Assembly (NCBI GenBank): GCA_964531655.1 | Contig: CAZHDM010000003.1 | Location: 185,712 to 249,711, forward strand | From: an uncultured Flavipsychrobacter sp. | GTDB lineage: Bacteria > Bacteroidota > Bacteroidia > Chitinophagales > Chitinophagaceae | Direction: 5' to 3' | DNA length: 64,000 bases | The notes under the pieces: generated by a model | Told to the model about the DNA's origin: nothing | Databases searched by the model: none | What the model saw: the letters and a program-made list of their open reading frames with translations, nothing else | Part shown: piece after piece, positions 19,341-27,937 of the stretch | How the letters are laid out: the number at the start of each line of letters is the position of its first letter | How positions within the stretch are numbered: position 1 is the stretch's first letter | Made by a program: the position numbers and the translations under genes

Positions 19341-21575
19341 CTACTTCATCAATATATTCTTCAGCCTTTTTATCTGCTTGACATTTTCTTTTTGATAGAT
19401 ACTGCTTAATATATCTTCCTGTTCTTTTGTAGTAACGTGAAAGTTAAGCGCAGCCATCTTTTTATTCTTAGGTATGTATTGCAGTGTGATATATTCCAAC
19501 TTACCTTCCATATACTCAGCTATAAAGTCCTTCGTATATCCTTGACCGTAAGACTGAAAAGGCTCCCACTTATTCTGTATCACAAATAGCGGGTCTGATA
19601 CCATCTCACCTAGTGTGTTCATCTTAGTTGGTGCAAATACTTCATGTTCTCTGGTATCTCTCACTTGTAATACTACTACTTTGCTGGTATTCTCTTTAAG
19701 CCACTCGCGCATGGTATGTATATACCTGTTTACCAGCTCTATACCAAAATTGTCTCTTAAGCCTGCATCCATAATATTCATCTGTGGTTCACTAGGTAGT
19801 TTTACCACTGGCAGTATATAGGGGAATGTTGCGGTCATGCGTAGTGCAGTAGGTAGCCTTAAATTATAAGGATTCTGATCTTTGAAGAACCTTACGAAAT
19901 CAACCCCATCTATTACTGGGTACTTAGCATTATTCACATCATACTCCGATTGTGTTAAGTGCCCTGTAGGTTGTGCGCACATCATCAATCTTCTGCCATC
20001 ATTCACAATGGTTCCATTCACTATAAGCGCAGGTATCTTTCCTTTCATCTCCTTCTGCTTATAATCTCCCAGCTTTTTATCCAGTATGCCATGCGTATTT
20101 CTGATCAGCTCTTGCTCCATCGCATAGCCTCTGTCTTTAGTATAAGAATAGCCCGCCAGCGATATTTTATTGAATGGAGATATCAGATCAACACTAGCCA
20201 GTGAGAACACTATGGAGTTGAGCAAGTCTTTACCGGTATTGCTTTGGTATTCTTCTTTATACGGGTCTTGTATTGTACCGTCCTGATAAGCGTCGTGTAT
20301 ACTTCTCCAATATGCTGCCCCCATCATTCCACCTGATGCACCGGTGATCATCACCGAGTTATCAAACACTTTCCCATTGGATATACTATCTGTATACTGC
20401 AATGCTCTAAACGACCAATAAGCAGCTCTGGACCCGCCACCACTTACAGCTACCAAGACTAATACAGGTTTCTCACCATTGCTATTAGCCATAGCTTTTT
20501 GCTTCCAATGCTCTAGTCGTTCTATTTCCTGCTGCTTATCTGCTTCGTAAACTTTCTTGGTGAATATCTTTCTTAAGGCAAAATAATCGTATTCAGGTAC
20601 TTTAGATTTTTCCGTATTGTAATCCATACCATAAGCACGGCTACGTAGATCTACCACTCGCTCTTTCACCAATACTGAGAATAAAAAGATAAAGATGATC
20701 CACCCCAATATCTCCCAGCTGCGCAAAAAATACTTTACCGAACCTACCAAGCCCATTACAACTGCAAACAGTAATAAGAAGCTGGCTGCTGCGGGCACTC
20801 TCAAGCTAGGCTGATCTGTAAATAGACCCAGTAGCAGCAATAGTAGTATAGCAAATATGGTAGCTGTAGTGGCATTACGACTATGTTTACGTAGTACTGT
20901 ATTCAGTAACCTTGGGTGATAACTATCTACTTCCGAGAACTTTTTTATTCTTAAGCCCCCTGTCAAAAAGCTCTCAGCTTTGATAAGGTCTATCTCATAA
21001 TCCAAACTATCGTATGGGATAAAATCTTTTATTCGAGAGGTATTAGTGATGCGTGATAATACTACCTTCAGCATATCTCTGCCTACCCTAAAGAAGTAAG
21101 CAAAAGATATAAGTATGATAACTGTAAAGCCCAGATAGAAGCCTAACTGATATAGGATAACATCTGTTGTCTTTGCACTTTCGTTAACTAACTGAAATCT
21201 AACACTGGCAATAGTATAGAAGATGAGAAAGGTTAGAGGGATGATAGAGTTATTCAGACAGTACTTGATAAACGCAAACCTGATAGCGCCAATAAAAGGT
21301 ATCCTGCTATTGTTGATGATAAACGTAGTAATGTGCCAAGCCATAACAAACACGGCCATAGCACCACCTAGCAACAGCATACTCATGAAGCTGGTCTTAC
21401 CCAAATATTCTGGTGAGAGAAATAGTGTAGATGCTCCAAATGCAGCTGCAAAATCTCCGGTGATGGTTAGGACAAGAATGATCCAGAATACCAAGAACAG
21501 CTGATACTTACGAAAATGTAGTAATAGCAGCTGCACAGGTAAAAACCTGAAAACACTCCTTAAAAACTCACGCAT
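19341..21575 (-). CDS. patatin-like phospholipase fused to an N-terminal polytopic membrane domain
   Basis: SGGGSRAAYW (oxyanion hole), GASGG (GxSxG nucleophile) and DAGLRDNFG (catalytic Asp). The first ~340 aa hold about 8 hydrophobic helices. Confidence 0.8.
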   Translation of the reverse strand: MREFLRSVFRFLPVQLLLLHFRKYQLFLVFWIILVLTITGDFAAAFGASTLFLSPEYLGKTSFMSMLLLGGAMAVFVMAWHITTFIINNSRIPFIGAIRFAFIKYCLNNSIIPLTFLIFYTIASVRFQLVNESAKTTDVILYQLGFYLGFTVIILISFAYFFRVGRDMLKVVLSRITNTSRIKDFIPYDSLDYEIDLIKAESFLTGGLRIKKFSEVDSYHPRLLNTVLRKHSRNATTATIFAILLLLLLGLFTDQPSLRVPAAASFLLLFAVVMGLVGSVKYFLRSWEILGWIIFIFLFSVLVKERVVDLRSRAYGMDYNTEKSKVPEYDYFALRKIFTKKVYEADKQQEIERLEHWKQKAMANSNGEKPVLVLVAVSGGGSRAAYWSFRALQYTDSISNGKVFDNSVMITGASGGMMGAAYWRSIHDAYQDGTIQDPYKEEYQSNTGKDLLNSIVFSLASVDLISPFNKISLAGYSYTKDRGYAMEQELIRNTHGILDKKLGDYKQKEMKGKIPALIVNGTIVNDGRRLMMCAQPTGHLTQSEYDVNNAKYPVIDGVDFVRFFKDQNPYNLRLPTALRMTATFPYILPVVKLPSEPQMNIMDAGLRDNFGIELVNRYIHTMREWLKENTSKVVVLQVRDTREHEVFAPTKMNTLGEMVSDPLFVIQNKWEPFQSYGQGYTKDFIAEYMEGKLEYITLQYIPKNKKMAALNFHVTTKEQEDILSSIYQKENVKQIKRLKNILMK

Positions 21576-21658
21576 TTATCTTGTTTACGTTTTATCTATA
21601 ATTTACTAAAAATAAACCGTATAAATGTCAGATAAATATCTTGTTTTACAATAACATA

Positions 21659-22720
21659 TTAGTAAGTGAGCGGCTTTCTGCTTCTGATGAGATAAGCACA
21701 TACCACCATTGCCATTAGTAAGAACATCGCCACTAGTTGGTGTAGTTCTGCAAGTAACTCGTAAGTGCCGAATTTACCAAACTCTATCTTAGGCGCGCTG
21801 ATCACAGTTACAATACCGAGTATTACCTGTAGCCAAACCAATATAAATGGCCATGTGGCTGTCTTCTTTAATATTTGAGTTCTGTTTCTCCTGTCAGCTT
21901 TTAGTGCTGCCCCAAACCAGAACATAACCATAGTAAACAGGATATAGGCAAGCCCTCTGTGCATGAAATGCACATTTATCGGATGATTGATAAAGCTCTG
22001 TATCATGAGCCTGTCCGGTATCATACTACCATTTATATCAGGCCAAGTAGGGGCGCTCATTGCAGCTTTAAGCCCTGCCATAAATGCTCCATATATCAAC
22101 TGTATACATAATACCACAATTATAGCACTGGTAAAACGCTTTAGCCGAGGGTCAATAGTTATCCTATGCACAGGTACTAATAACTTCAAGGCAAACCATA
22201 ATGTATAACACAGTAACCCTAATGCTGCCATAAAGTGTAGTGCCAGCTTTATATGGTTTACGTACAGCTCTGTGTCATTCAGCCCACTGGCTACCATTAT
22301 CCAACCTATAAGACCTTGTGCTGCCCCTAATACAAATAACATGATCAGCGGAAGCACCATGTCCTGATCAAAATATCTTTTTACTAAAAAGTAAATGAAC
22401 CCGATAGCGAACACAACGCCAAGCAACCTTGCCCATAAGCGATGGAACCACTCCCAAAAGAATATGAACTGAAAATCTCCCAGCTCAAAATGGCTATTCA
22501 AGTATTTGTATTGTGCTATCTGTTTGTACTGAGTAAAAGCCTCATTCCACTCCTGCTCACTCATTGGGGGTAGGGCTCCCATTATTGGCTTCCATTCTGT
22601 TATGGATAACCCCGAGCCAGTTAGTCTGGTAACACCACCCAGCAAAACTTGTATGATGATCATCAGCACACCTGCTAATAACCAGTATGCAACCGCCTTT
22701 CTTTTTTTACTATCCTGCAC
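21659..22720 (-). CDS. ctaA: heme A synthase (COX15/CtaA family)
   Basis: 353 aa with about 8 TM segments and conserved His-containing helices (WFHRLWARL, LHFMAAL, HFMHRGLAY, LHQLVAMF). Confidence 0.75.
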   Translation of the reverse strand: MQDSKKRKAVAYWLLAGVLMIIIQVLLGGVTRLTGSGLSITEWKPIMGALPPMSEQEWNEAFTQYKQIAQYKYLNSHFELGDFQFIFFWEWFHRLWARLLGVVFAIGFIYFLVKRYFDQDMVLPLIMLFVLGAAQGLIGWIMVASGLNDTELYVNHIKLALHFMAALGLLCYTLWFALKLLVPVHRITIDPRLKRFTSAIIVVLCIQLIYGAFMAGLKAAMSAPTWPDINGSMIPDRLMIQSFINHPINVHFMHRGLAYILFTMVMFWFGAALKADRRNRTQILKKTATWPFILVWLQVILGIVTVISAPKIEFGKFGTYELLAELHQLVAMFLLMAMVVCAYLIRSRKPLTY

Positions 22721-23071
22721 GTTCTGCTACTTTTTTGCCTTGCAAAAATACTCCATCAAGCTTAAACTATCAGGATATATCTCACTGTCGGCTGTATACC
22801 TTGATTATTCTACTATTGTAGCTACAGTATATTAAAGTGTTTATCTTATATGTTTTATCAGAATATATAACTTTGCATAATTTTTTTATTATTTCATTAT
22901 TAAGGTGTTGTATTTTAACATGTTATTTTATATTTTGACCTTGATACGTTATATATGTAAATTTCAACAGTTGTATTAATTTTATATATTCCTGTTGACT
23001 TTGATTAATTACAGGTGATTCGCTCACAACAGCGTAACTATTAATTTGAACTCATTACAAACATAAATATT

Positions 23072-23398
23072 ATGAGAAAAGCCGACGTTGTAAATAGCAT
23101 TGCTGAAAAAACAGGCATACCAAAAGTAGATATACTGGTAGCTTTAGAAGCCTTCTTCAAAGAGGTAAAGACCTCTCTTATAGAAGGTGAGCCTGTTTAC
23201 GTACGCGGCTTCGGTAGCTTTATTTTGAAGAAACGCGCTGCTAAAATTGGTAGAAATATCAAGAAGAATGTAGCCGTAGAAATTCCAGAGCATTACATAC
23301 CTGCATTCAAACCTGCAAAGGAGTTTGTACATGCTGTAAAGACATCAACACATAGTATGGTTGAAAGTGATGGTGATGATGAAAAAGGAGATTCATAA
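23072..23398 (+). CDS. hup: HU/IHF-family DNA-binding protein
   Basis: VRGFGSFILKKRAAKIGRNIKKNVAVEIPEHYIPAFKPAKEF is a typical HU arm. Confidence 0.9.
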   Translation: MRKADVVNSIAEKTGIPKVDILVALEAFFKEVKTSLIEGEPVYVRGFGSFILKKRAAKIGRNIKKNVAVEIPEHYIPAFKPAKEFVHAVKTSTHSMVESDGDDEKGDS

Positions 23399-23450
23399 GC
23401 TCCTACGCTCTCCGTCCAGTATTTCTTACCTTTGCGCAAATTAATTTGCA

Positions 23451-24299
23451 TTGCGTAAAAGTCATTATATAACAATATTAGTTGCGGTAGTAGTTATTGC
23501 CGGACTTTATTGGGGTGCTAATACTGTGCCTCCGAAGAAAGATACTCCTGCTACACCGGCTGCCGCAGCTGCGGGAAGAGCCACAACAGCATCGATCGCA
23601 TCTACAGACTCATTGTTGGATGCTGCTGATAAAGCAGTGCCGGAGCACGCTGCTACAGACATTGCTACGTTGAAGCAAAAGCTAGGCAATGCTGCTAGTG
23701 ATGAGCAGAAGGCTGACATCAATAAGCAAATAGCGGAGCAGTGGCATGAGCACAAACAATTTGCCGCAGCAGGATATTATTATAATGAATATGCAAAATT
23801 GGATAATTCAGAAAAAAGCCTGAACTTTGCAGGCCGTTATAATTTAGACCTGTTACACAATGCACAATCAGCAGAGGTTCAGGCATGGGCAGCTCAAAAC
23901 GCCATCAACAATTTTGAGCAGTCTTTAAAACTAAATCCTGATAACGACACCGTGAAGATGGCATTGGCCTCTAGCTATATTGATGGTACGGCTCAACCAA
24001 TGCAGGGTATACAGCTATTATTAGGCATTACAAGAGAAAAACCTGATAATGTACCCGCAAACCTGATGCTTGGGCAACTTTCAGTTCGTTCAGGACAGCA
24101 CGAAAAAGCGATAGACAGGTTTGAGAAAGTACTGGCTGTAGAACCAAATAATACAGAAGCCCTTTATTTCTTAGCAGAAGTGTATAAGAATACAGGCAAC
24201 AAAGAAAAAGCTATTGAGCTGTTGGAAAAATGTAAAGCGATCATTAATAATCCGCAGTTCTCTAAAGATATTGACGATTACATAAATTCATTTAAATAA
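23451..24299 (+). CDS. membrane-anchored TPR-repeat protein
   Basis: TTG start, one N-terminal TM segment (ITILVAVVVIAGLYWG) and C-terminal TPRs (TEALYFLAEVYKNTGNKEKAIELLEK). Confidence 0.7.
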   Translation: MRKSHYITILVAVVVIAGLYWGANTVPPKKDTPATPAAAAAGRATTASIASTDSLLDAADKAVPEHAATDIATLKQKLGNAASDEQKADINKQIAEQWHEHKQFAAAGYYYNEYAKLDNSEKSLNFAGRYNLDLLHNAQSAEVQAWAAQNAINNFEQSLKLNPDNDTVKMALASSYIDGTAQPMQGIQLLLGITREKPDNVPANLMLGQLSVRSGQHEKAIDRFEKVLAVEPNNTEALYFLAEVYKNTGNKEKAIELLEKCKAIINNPQFSKDIDDYINSFK

Positions 24300-24314
24300 C
24301 TAAAATTTTTTAAT

Positions 24315-24407
24315 ATGCCTTGTGGTAAGAAAAGGAAAAGACATAAAATAGCTACGCATAAGCGTAAAAAACGTCTTAGAAAGAACCGTCATAAGAAGAA
24401 GAAATAG
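24315..24407 (+). CDS. 30-aa ultra-basic micro-protein, bS22-like small ribosomal protein candidate
   Basis: Manual translation gives MPCGKKRKRHKIATHKRKKRLRKNRHKKKK*. It is below the ORF-track cutoff and sits between the hup/TPR genes and rng. Confidence 0.7.
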   Translation: MPCGKKRKRHKIATHKRKKRLRKNRHKKKK

Positions 24408-24465
24408 GTATTTTATTACTGTGACCGGTACGGTCTTCAGTGATCACACAACTTCTTGAATAGCA

Positions 24466-24510
24466 ACCTTATAACTGTTATAATTCATTGTTATAATAGT
24501 TATAAGGTTT
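24466..24510 (+). promoter_or_regulatory. long near-perfect stem-loop between the micro-ORF and rng (terminator and/or rng leader element)
   Basis: AACCTTATAACTGTTATAA / TTATAATAGTTATAAGGTT forms about a 19-bp stem with one mismatch, followed by TTTGTGGTT. Confidence 0.5.
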
Positions 24511-24602
24511 TGTGGTTAATCCCCAACCCTTACGGGCCTATTCCTCGTGCACATACTGTGCCTTATACCTATGTGAGTATTGAGCCGTACAAATGACGGA
24601 AT

Positions 24603-26162
24603 ATGAACAAAGAACTTATTATTAATTCATCCGGCGATGGTGTTGAAATAGCATTGTTGGAAGATAAAAAGCTTGTTGAGCTCCACTTTGAAAAGGAGCA
24701 TAGCAAGTTCGCCGTAGGCGACCTTTACCTGGGTAAGGTAAAGAGACTGATGCCCGGCCTTAACGCCGCTTTTGTAGATGTCGGGTACGAACGTGATGCC
24801 TTTCTGCATTACACCGATCTTAGTCCTTACTTCCGTTCTCTATTAAAATTTTCAAAACTGTCTCTTAATGGCAGCACACCTTGGGGTAAAGATTTTGGGA
24901 AATTTGAGAACGAACCTGAGATACTAAAATCAGGAAAAATAACTGAAGTAGCCAACCACAAACCCGAGATACTGGTACAAGTACTTAAAGAACCTATATC
25001 TAATAAAGGTCCTCGTTTAAGTTGCGAAATATCACTACCGGGAAGATTTGTGGTAATGACTCCTTTTAACGATGTAGTAGCTATATCTCGTAAAATACGC
25101 TCTGCAGATGAACGTAAAAGGTTGCAACGCATTGTTGAAGCTATCAAGCCAAAGAACTTTGGAATTATCGTACGTACAGCTGCTGAAGGTAAAAATACTG
25201 CTGAGCTGCACAACGATGTTATAGAGCTTACTAAGATGTGGCAAAATATTCAGGATAATCTGAATAATGCTAAGCCACCATTATTGATACAGGGTGAGCA
25301 GGATAAAACAACATCAATCCTGCGTGATCTGCTTAGTGAAAGCTTCCAGAAGATTGTAGTTAACGATAAACAACTGCATAACGAAGCCAAAGACTACATT
25401 TCCAGAATAGCACCTGAACAAGAAAGCATCATCAGCTATCATAATGGTGGCACATCTGTATTCGACCAGTTTGGTGTTACTAAGCAGGTAAAAGCTTCAT
25501 TTGGTAAGACTGTTAACCTAAATAGTGGTGCATATCTTATTATAGAACATACTGAGGCACTACACGTCATAGATGTAAATAGTGGTACTCGCAGTGCTGA
25601 AATGGGGCAGGAGCAGAATGCTTTGGTTACCAATATGGAAGCTGCTGAGGAAATAGCACGCCAATTACGCTTGCGTGACCTGGGTGGTATCATCATTGTC
25701 GACTTTATAGACATGAAGCTACCTAACAACAAGAAGCAGGTACTCCAAGCTATGGAAGCTGCTATGGGTAATGACCGTGCAAGACATACCATACTACCTA
25801 TTTCAAAGTTTGGTTTGTTACAGATCACCCGCCAGCGCTTGAAGCCTGAATTGAACATAACTACTGCAGAAGCATGCCCAACTTGTAAAGGCACGGGTAA
25901 GATAGGTCCTTCAATACTCATTGCTGATGATATTGAAAAAGATCTGGATTACTTGGTGAATCAGGGACATCGCCAATTAGCACTACATGTTCACCCAATA
26001 TTAAGTGCATACCTTACTAAGGGTACCATCCTGAAAAGCTCTATCCGCAAAAAATGGAATAAACGCTTCCATGTCAATCTTAAGGTCATAGCAGATAGTA
26101 ATGCTCCGCTTACAGAGTATAACTTCTATGATACTAAGACTGATGACCTCATAAAATTATAA
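24603..26162 (+). CDS. rng: ribonuclease G/E-family endoribonuclease
   Basis: S1 domain GDLYLGKVKRLMPGLNAAFVDVG and catalytic-core motifs IIVRTAAEG and HVIDVNSG. 519 aa. Confidence 0.9.
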   Translation: MNKELIINSSGDGVEIALLEDKKLVELHFEKEHSKFAVGDLYLGKVKRLMPGLNAAFVDVGYERDAFLHYTDLSPYFRSLLKFSKLSLNGSTPWGKDFGKFENEPEILKSGKITEVANHKPEILVQVLKEPISNKGPRLSCEISLPGRFVVMTPFNDVVAISRKIRSADERKRLQRIVEAIKPKNFGIIVRTAAEGKNTAELHNDVIELTKMWQNIQDNLNNAKPPLLIQGEQDKTTSILRDLLSESFQKIVVNDKQLHNEAKDYISRIAPEQESIISYHNGGTSVFDQFGVTKQVKASFGKTVNLNSGAYLIIEHTEALHVIDVNSGTRSAEMGQEQNALVTNMEAAEEIARQLRLRDLGGIIIVDFIDMKLPNNKKQVLQAMEAAMGNDRARHTILPISKFGLLQITRQRLKPELNITTAEACPTCKGTGKIGPSILIADDIEKDLDYLVNQGHRQLALHVHPILSAYLTKGTILKSSIRKKWNKRFHVNLKVIADSNAPLTEYNFYDTKTDDLIKL

Positions 26163-26166
26163 CACT

Positions 26167-26195
26167 AAAAACGGGAGCCAAATGGCTCCCGTTTT
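26167..26195. terminator. bidirectional rho-independent terminator between convergent rng and a lipoprotein gene
   Basis: AAAACGGGAGCC-AAAT-GGCTCCCGTTTT, with A/T runs on both sides. Confidence 0.85.
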
Positions 26196-26261
26196 AGGAT
26201 AAACTCACTATCCGATTCTACAAAATCAAATAGAGAATTTATTACACTGTACGAAATTGTC

Positions 26262-27077
26262 TTAGTTGATGTTTACACCTGTAACTACAGCAGTTTCTTT
26301 GATGTAAGCAAAACGCTTACCGCTGGTAGTATTTAGCTCATAAGTGAATGGCACTACTTCTAAATATGCTGTATTGTCAGAAACATTTGCCAAACCGCTT
26401 AATTCAGAAGCAGGTATAGTACCCTTAGCAGGTGCAGGGTTAGCACCAAATGCTTTGATGATTGTTTTACTCTGTGTAACTAATACCACATATACTGAAT
26501 CTGCGCCAGACACTTTAGATCCTAGATCTACTTCAAGATCGCTAGACTTGCTCACCGTAGAAGGTAATATACCGCTATATTCAGGGAATGCGCCTGCATG
26601 AGTATAGTTAATGCTTGGTATGCCGCTACCACCAGCTACTTTCCAATCAACGTTTCCGCTTAGATTTAGTGTAGATGGTGTCATGCCTTGAGTAGCTGTA
26701 ACGTTGTAGCTGTTATTGGTTTCTTTTTTCAGATCGTTGCTGTTTATAGAAACTGCGCCTGCATCTACAAGATTACCATTACCATTGTTGTTATCGTAGA
26801 ATGATGCCACACCTATTTGAGTTTCTACATTCACTGGCGTACCTAATTGTGGCACTACATAAGAGTACTGCATTTTCACAGCAATCAATGCACCCCACAT
26901 ACCATCACCTGTGCTTGGTGTTACAGGCGTAGGACCTGACGTACTTGGAGTAGTAGGGGTCGTAGGATTTGTGGGGTTTGTAGGATTAGTAGTTGTGTTG
27001 TTTTTATCACATGATGTAACACTTACCATTAGTGCCACAGCAGGGATTAATAATTGGAGGAGCTTTTTCATTTTCAA
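26262..27077 (-). CDS. hypothetical lipoprotein with a Thr/Pro/Asn-rich linker
   Basis: Lipobox VSVTSC followed by TTTNPTNPTNPTTPTTPSTSGPTPVTPS. Confidence 0.65.
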   Translation of the reverse strand: MKMKKLLQLLIPAVALMVSVTSCDKNNTTTNPTNPTNPTTPTTPSTSGPTPVTPSTGDGMWGALIAVKMQYSYVVPQLGTPVNVETQIGVASFYDNNNGNGNLVDAGAVSINSNDLKKETNNSYNVTATQGMTPSTLNLSGNVDWKVAGGSGIPSINYTHAGAFPEYSGILPSTVSKSSDLEVDLGSKVSGADSVYVVLVTQSKTIIKAFGANPAPAKGTIPASELSGLANVSDNTAYLEVVPFTYELNTTSGKRFAYIKETAVVTGVNIN

Positions 27078-27217
27078 TAGATTTTTGTGTTAATAATGAA
27101 TTTATCCGTTCACCCACAAAAGTATATTGAGGCATACCCCTGTTATATACACGCAGCATGGTATTTTATACTACGTGGTAGCACTTAGTTGTAATTATAA
27201 TAAGCAGAAGGGAACTT

Positions 27218-27862
27218 TTAGATAAGTTTCTCTTCCATAGCATACTTTATCAGTCCTACTATGGTCTTGTTATTCGTTTTGCGAAGCATATTTTTCCGGT
27301 GAGTTTCTACGGTACGCTCACTTATAAAGAGCTTTTCTGCTATCTCAGCATTGCTGTTCTCATCTGCTACCAGTTTTAATATTTCCAGCTCTCTACCTGT
27401 CAATTTTGGCTTTTCAGGTTCTTGTAGCTTTTTCTGCTGCTGCATGACTAGTGTAGTTATCTTCTCAGACACCTCAGATGAAAAATACATTTTCCCATTA
27501 TGTACCTGACGAATAGCATCTATCAGCTCCTGATCGTTTACATTCTTTAATAGATAACCAGATACGCCTGCTTCTATCATTTCCATTATATGCACTGCAT
27601 CGTCGTACATGGAAAGTGTAATGACTTGTATAGAGGGGTTGAGCTCTTTTATTTTCTGAGTAAGCTCCGGGCCTTTCATACCCGGCATGTTTATATCTAC
27701 CAGAGCAAGATCTGGCTTAACCTTGTTCAGTTCATCCAGCAGATGTTCACCATTCTCGTAAGTAGCAGCTACATTGATATCAGACTGCTTTGCCAGCATA
27801 GCCTTAAGACCATCCAGCAATATATGGTGATCATCAGCAATGACAATTTTTATAGCGCTCAT
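27218..27862 (-). CDS. NarL/LuxR-family two-component response regulator (no cognate kinase adjacent)
   Basis: Receiver motifs IADDHHILLDGL and DLALVDINMPGMKG. LuxR HTH region LTGRELEILKLVADENSNAEIAEKLFISERTVETHRKNM. Confidence 0.9.
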   Translation of the reverse strand: MSAIKIVIADDHHILLDGLKAMLAKQSDINVAATYENGEHLLDELNKVKPDLALVDINMPGMKGPELTQKIKELNPSIQVITLSMYDDAVHIMEMIEAGVSGYLLKNVNDQELIDAIRQVHNGKMYFSSEVSEKITTLVMQQQKKLQEPEKPKLTGRELEILKLVADENSNAEIAEKLFISERTVETHRKNMLRKTNNKTIVGLIKYAMEEKLI

Positions 27863-27937
27863 TTAGTCAGGGGGTAATGAGAGTTAAATATAATAATTAA
27901 CAATGCATATATCAATTGGTTGAACTAAAATTGAAAA

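Noticed and set aside
19341-21575. The patatin gene as the effector of a CBASS-like or other signalling immune system.
   Set aside because: No cyclase, sensor, or E1/E2/JAB-like accessory gene is adjacent. The protein is about twice the size of CapV-type effectors and carries its own polytopic anchor. Its neighbours are hutH-like and ctaA.
26938-26985. Short 9-nt tandem repeat encoding (TNP)3-TTPTTP in the lipoprotein linker, considered as a phase-variation tract.
   Set aside because: It has only about three imperfect copies and stays in frame, so slippage would merely change the linker length. It is typical of a low-complexity Thr/Pro linker.
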